From a virus, in the IMG/VR virus record IMGVR_UViG_3300009129_001089: a stretch of 64,000 nt of DNA. One strand, 5' to 3'. This document shows, piece by piece, positions 1-10,104 of the stretch. The notes under the pieces are model-generated. The model saw only the letters and a program-made list of their open reading frames with translations, had not been told where the DNA came from and ran no database searches. The position numbers were made by a program, and so were the translations under genes. The number at the start of each line of letters is the position of its first letter. The stretch's first letter is position 1.

Positions 1-454
1 TTATTTTGCTAGGAGGTTTTTTCTGAGCACCTGTAATTTTTAGTTTTTGTGAAGGGGATTTCCCTGCTGGTGACCATCGATTTCTATATCCAAGTGTAAG
101 TGCCGCGGCCGCAGTTAAATCTGCCGGAACTGGCGGTTGTTTATAATTAGGATTTGTAACTAATGCATTAGGATCATTAGGATCATGGGATGGTGGTTCT
201 GGTGTATCAATCTTTCCGGCCGGATGAGCAGGTTCAGGCTCGACCCACTTATACATATCAGTCCAATGACTAGTTTTATCAGCCTGTTTAAGCCAATCTG
301 CTTGCTGTCTAGTTACGTCTTTGCCCTTGTATTTTACTTTTTTAATGGCAGGCTCTTTAATATATTCGTTAGGATCTAATTCGGTCAGAGTAAATAGCTC
401 TTCAAGTTTTCGTTCGAGTAATACTTCTTCCTTTTCGGTAAGACTGTATGTCAT
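1..454 (-). CDS. Hypothetical Pro-rich protein, 3' end truncated by window edge
   Basis: Manual translation from ATG 454 (MTYSLTEKEEVLLERKLEELFTLTELDPNEYIK...PPSHDPNDPN...) stays open to base 1. Confidence 0.75.
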   Translation of the reverse strand, partial: MTYSLTEKEEVLLERKLEELFTLTELDPNEYIKEPAIKKVKYKGKDVTRQQADWLKQADKTSHWTDMYKWVEPEPAHPAGKIDTPEPPSHDPNDPNALVTNPNYKQPPVPADLTAAAALTLGYRNRWSPAGKSPSQKLKITGAQKKPPSKI

Positions 455-465
455 AATGCATGCCG

Positions 466-2577
466 TTACTTCACTAAACTAGTTGCTAAATCTTCATTTG
501 CTGAAGTAAAAATGCGACTCATACCTTTTTTAATTCTAGGATCAACTGATTCCATGCCCATTATATCCATAGCCGGTTCTAGTGCTTCTTCTTCACTAGG
601 TTCGTCTGTTGGGTGGGGATTAACTTGTTCGTATTCCATATAATGTTTAATAGAACTCATGTAATCTGCAGACTTAGTTATTTTGGCTTGAATCCAAGGT
701 TCTAAGTTATCTGTATCGCCGATTTGTTGATGAAGTTTAATTGCATATTGTGCAATTTTATATAATTGCTCTTTTGCCATCCATCCATCTTCGTCGGCGG
801 CATCTAACACGCCTTCTTTAAGTTTGTCATTCTTTTCATTTGTCATTGAATCACCTACTAATTTTCCTTTTGTATAACCTTCAGGGCGGTTTGCTTGTGC
901 AGGATGATCTGTTTTTGTTTTAACTTGAACACCTGTTTTAACCCCAACTGCTTTTTCTTTAACTGCTTTTGGAAACATTCCTACTTTGTTAGCGTCAGCA
1001 CTAACAGGTTTCTCTCGCCTAATCATTTTACCTTTGCCTAATGGTGCATTAACTGTTGCAACATTTCCAGCACTTGTGCCTCCTGCAGAGGCGGTTTCTT
1101 TTATGTTTTCCATAGTACTACTATTTATGCTAATATTTTGATCTGCAAGCAGATGAGCACCATTGCCTATTTCGATAACTGTTCTCATATTACCGGCCGC
1201 TTGCAAATAAGTTCGTATACTGTATAATCCCATTTCACGATCAAAATCGGGCAATTCTTCTATTTTTTCTTCAGGAAATATATCAACCCATAGTGTCGGG
1301 TTACCCGATTGTCTAGGAGGTTTAAAAATAAAATTAACTTTTTCTAGTTTTGCTTTTAATGTCTCGTCAAATTTTAAATTGGTAAACATAGGATTATTTG
1401 GATCTGCTCCTAACATTACAATATCTATATCACTTCCTAATGTTGTATGGTGTTGTAAAAAATTAAATGTTGCATCTAAAAAATTAAATTCTTGTTGTGG
1501 TGTATTTACTGCACTATTTAATGATTGTGCGGCTCCTGCATATGCACCTCGAATAGATTCTACTGGATCTTGAGCAAAGGCTTGTTGATTAATTTTAAAA
1601 ACATTAAGTCCAAAAAATTCATTAAAATGTGCTTGTAAGTCTACTCCTGCTTTTGTTTTTAATGCAGGTGTATTTAAACTTCTTGTAAGTTGACCTACTT
1701 GTGAGGTGTTTGCTTTTACACTCAATAAATTAATTACAGTATTATCTACTTGTAATACCAAATCTGCTTTAGTTCCTTTTTGATCTTCTGTGCCTACACC
1801 TCGTACTATTACTTTATTAGATGTCTTATCTTCTTTAGGTAATTTTATTTTTTCTATAATGGGTGATTTACTATTAATGTAACTTATTGCACTTTGAAAA
1901 TATCCTCTAAATTCACTTGTGTCGCCTTCTTCTAATATAACTTTTTCTACATGATACATACTATTTTTACGAACCCGTATATTAACATCTAATCTATCAG
2001 GTTCACCATTTTCGTATATAATAGGACTTCCAAAAGTTAAACTACCATCACCACTATTAATTGTACTCTCACTTATGATTTTAAGACAATCTTCAAATGC
2101 AACTTCTTCTTTATTATGATATAAAATTTTAGCAGTAACAGCCAATCCCATAAAAATTTCAGAAACATCGCCCCTATTATATTGTTCTCTTACAGTTATT
2201 TTATCAATATCACTTAATTTAATAGATTCGCCATTGTCCAACTTTAACGTAAATCCTGGAGGCATTTTATTAGGATCTCCGCCGGCAGATACTGTTCGAA
2301 GCAATACTTTGTCTCCACCTTTAATAACTCCTACTTGCTTATTCCAATCCTTTGGAATTCCTTCGGTACCAAATACTGCTTTGTTAAGTTTTTTATATTG
2401 GTCTCCGGCAATAACAACTTGAGATCCGTCTATTAAGGTTACTGGATCTCCATTTTTAATTTTTGTAATTAAATCCCTATAATAACGCATATCACCGTAT
2501 CGTACTTTTCGTAGTTCGGCAAAAGATAATGTTGCTTCATTTAATTTATCTTTGATATAGGCGTTTAATATATTCAT
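466..2577 (-). CDS. Multidomain putative head-internal protein with PD-(D/E)XK-like nuclease region
   Basis: NRGDVSE...KADLVL...LSVK pattern; internal I/L-x-E sites (KLNE, NIKE, KLKE); ATG 2577 preferred over 2607, which overlaps the upstream gene. Confidence 0.55.
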   Translation of the reverse strand: MNILNAYIKDKLNEATLSFAELRKVRYGDMRYYRDLITKIKNGDPVTLIDGSQVVIAGDQYKKLNKAVFGTEGIPKDWNKQVGVIKGGDKVLLRTVSAGGDPNKMPPGFTLKLDNGESIKLSDIDKITVREQYNRGDVSEIFMGLAVTAKILYHNKEEVAFEDCLKIISESTINSGDGSLTFGSPIIYENGEPDRLDVNIRVRKNSMYHVEKVILEEGDTSEFRGYFQSAISYINSKSPIIEKIKLPKEDKTSNKVIVRGVGTEDQKGTKADLVLQVDNTVINLLSVKANTSQVGQLTRSLNTPALKTKAGVDLQAHFNEFFGLNVFKINQQAFAQDPVESIRGAYAGAAQSLNSAVNTPQQEFNFLDATFNFLQHHTTLGSDIDIVMLGADPNNPMFTNLKFDETLKAKLEKVNFIFKPPRQSGNPTLWVDIFPEEKIEELPDFDREMGLYSIRTYLQAAGNMRTVIEIGNGAHLLADQNISINSSTMENIKETASAGGTSAGNVATVNAPLGKGKMIRREKPVSADANKVGMFPKAVKEKAVGVKTGVQVKTKTDHPAQANRPEGYTKGKLVGDSMTNEKNDKLKEGVLDAADEDGWMAKEQLYKIAQYAIKLHQQIGDTDNLEPWIQAKITKSADYMSSIKHYMEYEQVNPHPTDEPSEEEALEPAMDIMGMESVDPRIKKGMSRIFTSANEDLATSLVK

Positions 2578-2591
2578 ATTAATATTTATTG

Positions 2592-3107
2592 TTAATCCTC
2601 GTCCCATTGTAAAAGTTCTTGTTTACCATGTTCGGCCAAAAACTCTCTATTTTTCCAATGCTCACCTTTAACATCGTCTTTATTTTGTCCCCAATAACCA
2701 ACTGCATGGCCGTTTTCGCATAGCCATTTATTAACATTAGTCCAGCCACTATGTTCGCCTTCTGCTGTACAATTAATCCAAACCTCGCCTAAAATTCTTC
2801 CAAACTTACCTCGGCTGTCTGCTTCAGGGCATCTAATTTGAATATCTATGTCATCTCTATCTGACATAATTGCCCAATGTACCCATGATTTAAGTGCGGC
2901 CTTACTAAGTAGACCATATACTTTTTCGTTCTTATGTCTTGTTCTTGATTCTGGTGTATCGATGCCTAACATTCTTACACGATGTTTTACCATAACATCA
3001 AAACCTAAATCAAAAACACAATCTAATGTATCTCCGTCTACTACTTTTGTTACTGCTTCTACTCTGTAAATGAATTCACAGGGCTCATCGTTTTTATAAG
3101 TTGCCAT
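2592..3107 (-). CDS. Thermonuclease (SNase-like)
   Basis: KVVDGDT, RVRMLGIDTPE and GKFGRILG motifs. Confidence 0.9.
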   Translation of the reverse strand: MATYKNDEPCEFIYRVEAVTKVVDGDTLDCVFDLGFDVMVKHRVRMLGIDTPESRTRHKNEKVYGLLSKAALKSWVHWAIMSDRDDIDIQIRCPEADSRGKFGRILGEVWINCTAEGEHSGWTNVNKWLCENGHAVGYWGQNKDDVKGEHWKNREFLAEHGKQELLQWDED

Positions 3108-3129
3108 ATTTCTCCTCTAAGTTTTATGG

Positions 3130-4614
3130 TTATTCTACTGACATAAAATGTATGTCTTCTGTTTCATTTCCATGAAATTCTCGCCAAGTCCTTTTAGCAT
3201 AATCGGCTTCTTCCATGGTTTTAAATACTGCTACACAATCTGTATATATTGCATCTAAAAATAAATGATTTATTTTAAATTGATATAATTTTGGATTTTT
3301 AAATATAAATTGACAATTTTCAAATACACAATTCGTCATGCCCCATCCAAATTTATTAACTAATTCGTTCCACGCAGTAGGATCAATAACTAATACATGA
3401 TTATAATACGTCATGTCATATAAATCTACTTCAATGCCTGGTTGGTCTGTACTAGTTCGTAATCTAGTTACCATGCGAGATTCGGGCGTACCCCAGGCTT
3501 GTTGTCCAACAAACGGTTGCAATGCTACTGCTTGAAATTTCATTTGCTCATTTAATGCCAGTAAATAGTTTTTATTGTCATATTGCGAGGTGTTTACTGC
3601 ATTATTTCTAAATGATAAATGTTTTGTAAATTCTGAATTAGTTTGTTTAAATTCTTCTGATGGCATTATAGAACCAAAATGTCTAACAAATAATTGTGCT
3701 ACATTATTAATTGAACCTTTTCGTTTTTGTTTATTTTCAAAATAAAATCGTTTTAAGTCTCGCAATGTTACGCCTGCAACATCATAGTCAAATATTTTAT
3801 TTTGAGCTCGTCCTAGCTCTACAGCAAATTTATAAACAAATTTTAAATAGTCTACTATTTCATTATAATTGTTTACTTGTCCCGACATGCTATCAAGTAC
3901 ACCACGCAATCCTCGCCATTCTAATGTTCCTTGGTGATGTGGATTAAGAACACTATATTTGTCAAAAATTCCCATTGCCAATCTATTAACTGTTTGATCA
4001 TACGCAAATTCTAATTTATTTTCTTTTGAAGTTAAATTTTCTAATGATCCTTTAAATTGCTCAACTGATTCTCCCAAATCATTTAAACTTGCATACTCGT
4101 CATCGTCATATTGTGGAATACCTTTATATTCTTTAAATCTTTCAAACAAACCACTATCTAAAAAATAAATTGCAAACCAGGTAGCATCCATTCCGCTTGT
4201 TTTTTCTAACATTCCTAACCCAAAATGAACATGAAAACCACATGATCTATTTGTATATGCACCATTGTCAAGAAACTCTTTTACAATTTTTGCTACTTTT
4301 TGGAAGTTAGGCGGAGTTGCTGTAAGTCTAGCAGATGCACCGTTTTCGTCTTTAATTAAACCTATATCAAATTCAGCACCAAAATGAGTATCTGTGTCAT
4401 CGTCATTTGCTAGAACACTTTGTTCTTCCATTCGACCTAACCCATACTTATCTACTATACGTTGTATATTAGGATGAACTTCCTCTACTGAACCGGGCTC
4501 TAGGTCCATTATTTTAGAATCAAAAGATTTGGCGGCAGGAACAACTATTTCTAACTCAAAGCCAACAGTTATTTCACCAGCCGTTGCTTCGGTTATTAAT
4601 TCTTTTTCTCGCAT
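3130..4614 (-). CDS. Putative amidoligase (COOH-NH2 ligase type 2)
   Basis: GFELE, AEFD, NRSCGFHVH, KYSVLN, TLEWR motifs; N-terminus MREKELITE. Confidence 0.75.
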   Translation of the reverse strand: MREKELITEATAGEITVGFELEIVVPAAKSFDSKIMDLEPGSVEEVHPNIQRIVDKYGLGRMEEQSVLANDDDTDTHFGAEFDIGLIKDENGASARLTATPPNFQKVAKIVKEFLDNGAYTNRSCGFHVHFGLGMLEKTSGMDATWFAIYFLDSGLFERFKEYKGIPQYDDDEYASLNDLGESVEQFKGSLENLTSKENKLEFAYDQTVNRLAMGIFDKYSVLNPHHQGTLEWRGLRGVLDSMSGQVNNYNEIVDYLKFVYKFAVELGRAQNKIFDYDVAGVTLRDLKRFYFENKQKRKGSINNVAQLFVRHFGSIMPSEEFKQTNSEFTKHLSFRNNAVNTSQYDNKNYLLALNEQMKFQAVALQPFVGQQAWGTPESRMVTRLRTSTDQPGIEVDLYDMTYYNHVLVIDPTAWNELVNKFGWGMTNCVFENCQFIFKNPKLYQFKINHLFLDAIYTDCVAVFKTMEEADYAKRTWREFHGNETEDIHFMSVE

Positions 4615-4618
4615 TTAA

Positions 4619-5026
4619 TTATCTTAACCTCTTTCTTTCAAGATTTGACATAGGTCCAACTGCCTTAGTTGGGTTAGTATTTGGAGAAACACCGGCTCCT
4701 GCGACTGCTTTTTTATGATAGGCTTGAGGGCCTGGAACCATATCAGTTTTTGCAAATTCAGATCCATCGCCCGGAGTAGGAGGAGATTTTTTAACTATCT
4801 TTTTTCCAACTTCACTGGCCGCATGTATTTTGCCTCCTAATCCATGAGATGCGGCTTTAGCCTTTTTTAAACCAGGTAACAATTTCTTTCCGTAATCCCA
4901 GGCTTTTTTTCCATACCTCAACGCATATGGCGCCGCAAGTCGCGCCGCATGTATTCCTGCGCCTATAACTGCCGGAAGTACTTCATCAACACGTTCTTTT
5001 TTGGTTATTACTTCATTTATTTTCAT
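4619..5026 (-). CDS. Basic hypothetical protein, putative head-internal protein
   Basis: ORF; N-terminus MKINEVITKKERVDE. Confidence 0.6.
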   Translation of the reverse strand: MKINEVITKKERVDEVLPAVIGAGIHAARLAAPYALRYGKKAWDYGKKLLPGLKKAKAASHGLGGKIHAASEVGKKIVKKSPPTPGDGSEFAKTDMVPGPQAYHKKAVAGAGVSPNTNPTKAVGPMSNLERKRLR

Positions 5027-5056
5027 TTAATCTCTCCAAGACTAATGTTCATTGGG

Positions 5057-7282
5057 TCAAGTATATCCTGCTTTACTTGTTATTGCATGACACTGGTCCG
5101 CCGACAATCCTAAACGTGAACACATCTTATGTAACTTATCGTGACCTTTTTTACTATTAGAACCAGTTAACACTTGTGCTAACTTAATTACTTTTTTAGG
5201 AGTAACACTTTCACTTTGTACTTTGTTCTCTTCTTCTTCTCGCTTCCAATAATTATCTGCAAGATCTACACCTTGGGCATCTGTGTAATAACTTATGTGA
5301 AATTTTTCATTTCTATTTTTTAATATAGGAGACGTTTGTATCATAGATGTTTGAAAATCTTCTGCGGCCGCTCTAACATCAAATTGAGCATTTGGTACAA
5401 CTTCGCTTCTTTGTAAAACTTCTTCTGCAGAGAAGTTAATATCTTGCATTGACCACCACTCTTTAGATACTTCACCATATTGTTGTTCTTCTCGCACAAC
5501 CCAATCTACAATTTGAACTATTGGTGCTGTTATATAACATCTATTAGGAGAATCTGATGGTAATCCGGGTTTTTCGAATACGATTGCTAAATCTAATCCT
5601 CCGCCCGAATGATTAACGAAATTATAATCAGAATTTTCTAGAGCTGATTTAAATTGTAACACTACTTCATGTCTTATGCCTTCTTCCCATCCTGCGTTGA
5701 CTGCCTCTACTAATATATCAGCAATACCAACATAATCTTGTTCTGTTTTTTCATCATACTTAATAGCATTGTTTAACACGTCTTCCTCAAGTTCGTCGCC
5801 TAATACTGTTGCAAATTCTGTGTTTAATATATTTCGTGTTGCTTCTGGTATATATTTCCATAGCTCATTGTGGCCTGTGTCTTTATTATTGTCTCGTCTT
5901 AATGTTGTTGCCCAATCCTTTATACTCCAAGGCTCATAATCTTCATCTCTATACCGGAGATCTGGGGTCTCTCCATCACGCAATACTTGGTCGTATGTGC
6001 TATTAGCCAATTCATAACTTATTAATGAATATACGTTTGGATATTCATTTGTAATTTGTACAGGTATTTCCATTGCCTGTTTTGCAGTTTTTCCTATAGC
6101 AGTATCGCGTGGTATGAATAGTTGCGGTGTTTGGCTTTCATTATCTAATTTAGTTGTTATAATTTCAACTAATGTGTCATCTATACCTATATCCTCTACA
6201 TATTTGCCTATGTTGTCTCCTGCTAATCCAGGCTTTTTTGCTATAAGTTCTGCGGCATCAGGTAAATCCCATACAGAAAAATTTGCTTCAGGATGATATC
6301 CGCCGCCTTTAATACCTTTAATCTCTTTATTCATTATTAATGTTCTAATAACATTATGATATTTTGCGGAAGGTTTTTGATTTGCATAGCCTTTCATTTC
6401 ACCCAAATATCCTGCACCATCTAATATAAATGTAAGATGTGGTGTCCAATGATATTTTTTATGTGGATGCGGTGTTCTATAACTGAGGATTGTATCATCA
6501 TCCTTGTACGATGCAGTATTACCGCAATGACCCATTGACTCGCCCTCTTTTGAACAAAATGCTCTGTCTAAGTCAAACCATGCCGATCCATCTGGAAACT
6601 TAATAAACTCTTCGTACATTTCTCGGTATTCGGTCTCTTCACCGGTATCCATATCGGACATTACTCCGCCATGTGCTATTGAACGTTCATCATCTTTAAG
6701 AGCTTTAATCCATTCAGTTTCTACGTTGGCCATTCTCATATGAACAGCAGTCGGCGTTTCTTCAGGTTTGAATGTCATATTGCGAATAGTATTACCAAAT
6801 CCATCGTGTTCTATAAAATGATTCATAGAGTAAAAGAATTGATCATCACCGCCTGGAAAGATACCTCTTACACCTTCATTGCCTATTTTTATACCTGCTT
6901 GTTCTGCTTGTTTTCTTATACGTTGTTCTTCTTTTTCTGTGTATAAAGTCGGATAGCCGTAATCTTTATTGTAAATAAGATGTATTTTAGTATCTAATAC
7001 ATACCATCGTAATGCCCATACTACTTTAGAGTTGTCTACTTTACCATCTTGTTTTTGAAATGCTTTTTTTGCTTGGTTTGTAATGGCTTTAAAATCTCTT
7101 AACAAGGTATTATAATTTTGAGTACCAGGACCATGTTCGGGCACTAAACCACGAACTAAACTATTCTGTAAATTGTCTACAATACTTTCGTTTAATAATA
7201 ATGCCTCTACTAAACCACGAACTAGACTATTATGTAAATTGTCTTCATTACTTTTGTTTAATAGAGCCTCAGAAATTCTCAT
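5057..7282 (-). CDS. Large putative head-internal protein with CxxEGxxMGHCG (PcfJ-like) region
   Basis: CSKEGESMGHCG...ILSYR...EMKGYANQKP; N-terminus MRISEALL with a duplicated segment. Confidence 0.55.
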   Translation of the reverse strand: MRISEALLNKSNEDNLHNSLVRGLVEALLLNESIVDNLQNSLVRGLVPEHGPGTQNYNTLLRDFKAITNQAKKAFQKQDGKVDNSKVVWALRWYVLDTKIHLIYNKDYGYPTLYTEKEEQRIRKQAEQAGIKIGNEGVRGIFPGGDDQFFYSMNHFIEHDGFGNTIRNMTFKPEETPTAVHMRMANVETEWIKALKDDERSIAHGGVMSDMDTGEETEYREMYEEFIKFPDGSAWFDLDRAFCSKEGESMGHCGNTASYKDDDTILSYRTPHPHKKYHWTPHLTFILDGAGYLGEMKGYANQKPSAKYHNVIRTLIMNKEIKGIKGGGYHPEANFSVWDLPDAAELIAKKPGLAGDNIGKYVEDIGIDDTLVEIITTKLDNESQTPQLFIPRDTAIGKTAKQAMEIPVQITNEYPNVYSLISYELANSTYDQVLRDGETPDLRYRDEDYEPWSIKDWATTLRRDNNKDTGHNELWKYIPEATRNILNTEFATVLGDELEEDVLNNAIKYDEKTEQDYVGIADILVEAVNAGWEEGIRHEVVLQFKSALENSDYNFVNHSGGGLDLAIVFEKPGLPSDSPNRCYITAPIVQIVDWVVREEQQYGEVSKEWWSMQDINFSAEEVLQRSEVVPNAQFDVRAAAEDFQTSMIQTSPILKNRNEKFHISYYTDAQGVDLADNYWKREEEENKVQSESVTPKKVIKLAQVLTGSNSKKGHDKLHKMCSRLGLSADQCHAITSKAGYT
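7143..7244. repeat. In-frame 36-bp direct repeat, period 66 bp
   Basis: Encodes DNLHNSLVRGLV and DNLQNSLVRGLV. Confidence 0.85.
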
Positions 7283-7467
7283 GCCTTAAACCGGTTTCCT
7301 TTTTTTGCTTGTTTTGTTGCTACTGCATACATAACAGATTCACCATCCTTACCATATTGGTCAGTAAAGTTTTTTTTATGTGACTTTAACTTTTTAACAT
7401 TATGTTCTTTGTCACTCTCTTCTTTTTTAGAAAGTTCACGTTCAGATATAATATCTTCAATTAACAT
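7279..7467 (-). CDS. Small basic hypothetical phage protein
   Basis: MLIEDIISE N-terminus; YGKD..VMYAVATKQAK; overlaps its neighbours. Confidence 0.7.
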   Translation of the reverse strand: MLIEDIISERELSKKEESDKEHNVKKLKSHKKNFTDQYGKDGESVMYAVATKQAKKGNRFKA

Positions 7468-8357
7468 TCGATCAAACTCCGAAATAATATGTGTTTACTT
7501 TCCATAGCATTAATCATATTAATTGTTTCTTGTTTTCTGTCCGCTTTAGGTGTGCCTACTTCGCCTGATTTAATTGACACCATAGCATTGAACACACCTT
7601 TAACTCTATCTTTGCTTGTAGGGTGTTTTAAAGACGCTTGTACATCAGGTAATAGGTCATCGAACGATTTAGTTAAATCATACTGCCATAACAATCTATC
7701 TACATCGTTCCAATTATTAGATTTCCATAATACTTCTCTAGTACCTTTTGCTTCTCTACCTCTATGATCTTTTTCATATGCTCGTAACTGTAATTCAATA
7801 CCACTTAAATTAAATTCTAATACTTTATTTGTTTTAGGGACACCTAATCCTATACTTGCAAATAATCTATCTATTGTTTTTGTTGCATTTGCTTCTTGAA
7901 TTGCAGTTTTAATAAGACCTAAAATTAATCCTTGTTTTTCTGCAGGCCAATCTAAAAAACTTTTTTTAAATGCACTTTCATCTTTTGTTACTGCTACTAT
8001 ATTATCTATTTGTGCTGTTTTGCCTGCTTCTGTTTGGGGGAACAAAACACTAACAAGTTCACCTGCATTGTATGAACGTCTGCCCGCATACTTATCGCTT
8101 CTAAAAGGTAAAATTTTATTTGCTGATTGATTTTCTAAATAGTTTTGTAATTCTTTTTTAATTGCTTTTTTATCTGTACCTTCAATGTGTACAATTAAAT
8201 CTATGTCGCCGTGATCTTTTTTACCTGCGGCTACACCACCTGTAACTTCTGCAGACACGAAACCAGGAAAACCTGATAACACCGAATCGATATAACTTTT
8301 CGCTGTTGAATTAACATGCTCGTTACTTATTCTATCTCCGCCTGCTACTCCGCTCAT
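7461..8357 (-). CDS. Pol-beta superfamily nucleotidyltransferase
   Basis: TGG...HGDIDL motif and downstream QIDN third Asp. Confidence 0.75.
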   Translation of the reverse strand: MSGVAGGDRISNEHVNSTAKSYIDSVLSGFPGFVSAEVTGGVAAGKKDHGDIDLIVHIEGTDKKAIKKELQNYLENQSANKILPFRSDKYAGRRSYNAGELVSVLFPQTEAGKTAQIDNIVAVTKDESAFKKSFLDWPAEKQGLILGLIKTAIQEANATKTIDRLFASIGLGVPKTNKVLEFNLSGIELQLRAYEKDHRGREAKGTREVLWKSNNWNDVDRLLWQYDLTKSFDDLLPDVQASLKHPTSKDRVKGVFNAMVSIKSGEVGTPKADRKQETINMINAMESKHILFRSLIEC

Positions 8358-8360
8358 TGT

Positions 8361-8786
8361 TTATGGCCTCAACTTATGGACAGTACCGGTAGAATCTTTA
8401 TAAATTCCGCCACGGTCTGGCATTTTAGTTGGTTTACTTTTTGGCTTAGTACCAGCACCAGCAATAGCTGAAATCCCATCGTCAGGCCTACCTAAATCTG
8501 CTGTACTTAATCCGGCTCTATTAGGATCAAGTATAGTTTTTGGTTTTGCCTTTGGCATTGTAAGTTGTGATGCATATTGATCTTGAGGTTGAGGAGCATT
8601 CCAGTCTTTTGGCCAAAACTCTCCTACTGGTGGGTTTCGCTTTGAATAATCAAGTGCCGCTTTTCTCATGGAACCTAACTTTGAGTTTTTTGCTTTTAAA
8701 TAAGCATCATGTGTTTTAAAATGTACCCTACCAGCGTTATCAAAATATGTATCGCCGCGTTCTATTAATATTTCATTTAGTCTCAT
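8361..8786 (-). CDS. Hypothetical protein, putative head-internal
   Basis: N-terminus MRLNEILIE. Confidence 0.6.
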   Translation of the reverse strand: MRLNEILIERGDTYFDNAGRVHFKTHDAYLKAKNSKLGSMRKAALDYSKRNPPVGEFWPKDWNAPQPQDQYASQLTMPKAKPKTILDPNRAGLSTADLGRPDDGISAIAGAGTKPKSKPTKMPDRGGIYKDSTGTVHKLRP

Positions 8787-9730
8787 ATATTACTCCTAAG
8801 GTTACTGCTGTCTGGTAAAAACTTTCCTGTTAACCCAAACTCATCCTTATGTTGTAACCAGTATTCTTGTAAATCGTCTGGTATATCTACTCGTGTTCTG
8901 TCTAGTATTTTTAAATAAATTTGCATAACATTATCATACAATGGATGTCCTTTAATTGCATCGTGTAATGTATGATAGTTTGCTAATTGTTGTATTGATA
9001 AATTTAGCCCAAATAATTCATTTAATAGAGCCAATGTGTCGTCGGGAGTTCCTGCAACTACTTCTTTGGTTGCTTTATCTTTAACACCTACTTTATGATC
9101 AAACGAATGATTAGTTGCTTGAAACATTGCTAACATTAATTGTGTTCTATGTAATCCTTTTACATTAGAGTCTTCAGGATAATTAGCCGATGCATAACTA
9201 AATTTAAGCCAATCTAAATTGCCTACCATCCAATCAATTTGTATACCTACATTTAAATTACTACCTTGTTCATCATATTGCGGAAACATTCCAAATGCAT
9301 TACCTGGTGTAACTTTTTTGGGATCCATATGTATAGTAGGTGCATGTTCATTAACATATTCGCTAATTAAAACTAATGCAGTTTTCATAGCAACTTGTTC
9401 ATCACTTGATGTTCTTGCACGTTTTTTAAAAACATCAAATCGTGTAACAAATTCTTCTGGTCTAATATGCCATGCTGTTAGTGTTTGGCTAGAAATGCCT
9501 TGTGGAAACAATTCTGTTGCGTCAACTGCTAAATCTATATCACCACTTGAACTTTTAAGACCTACAGATCCAACTGGATGAAACTTATTAGGTGAGATGC
9601 CTGCGTTAGGAAACACTTGTTGCAATTCAGCAAAGTATCTTTCTAATGTAGGTTGTATATTTTCTTTTGCAATTCGTCCTGTATTTTCTCCAAATACATT
9701 ACCACCTTCTAATAATTCTGCAAAACGCAT
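8783..9730 (-). CDS. Pol-beta superfamily nucleotidyltransferase
   Basis: VGSVG..SSGDIDL and QIDWM; N-terminus MRFAELLE. Confidence 0.8.
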   Translation of the reverse strand: MRFAELLEGGNVFGENTGRIAKENIQPTLERYFAELQQVFPNAGISPNKFHPVGSVGLKSSSGDIDLAVDATELFPQGISSQTLTAWHIRPEEFVTRFDVFKKRARTSSDEQVAMKTALVLISEYVNEHAPTIHMDPKKVTPGNAFGMFPQYDEQGSNLNVGIQIDWMVGNLDWLKFSYASANYPEDSNVKGLHRTQLMLAMFQATNHSFDHKVGVKDKATKEVVAGTPDDTLALLNELFGLNLSIQQLANYHTLHDAIKGHPLYDNVMQIYLKILDRTRVDIPDDLQEYWLQHKDEFGLTGKFLPDSSNLRSNI

Positions 9731-10080
9731 TAAATATCCCCAAACTGTTTTTTATATCTGTTTTGACGGGCTAACTTATCGTATGCAGAAACAAGGGTTT
9801 CAAGTTTTCCTTGAAAAACAGGGTTATCTTTACTGTATAATATCTTATATGCTCGCCGTATCATAAACGGATCGGCAGGTTGATCAATATCTGCGGTTGC
9901 AATACTATCAGCAAGTTCTTTTAATTGCCTTGCTACCATATTTTGTAATGATTTTATGTCATATGTTCCACCACTAGGTGGCCATATATCTGTTTCAAAA
10001 GGATCTTTTGGACCTTCTTTAAGTCTGTCTAGTACTTCACGCATTTGTGCAGATTTGGTTCTCTCAGATTCCGGCATCAT
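9730..10080 (-). CDS. Hypothetical protein
   Basis: ORF with GGAG SD; TAATG overlap with the next gene. Confidence 0.7.
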   Translation of the reverse strand: MMPESERTKSAQMREVLDRLKEGPKDPFETDIWPPSGGTYDIKSLQNMVARQLKELADSIATADIDQPADPFMIRRAYKILYSKDNPVFQGKLETLVSAYDKLARQNRYKKQFGDI

Positions 10081-10104
10081 GGTACTCCATCTATATATGA
10101 ATAT

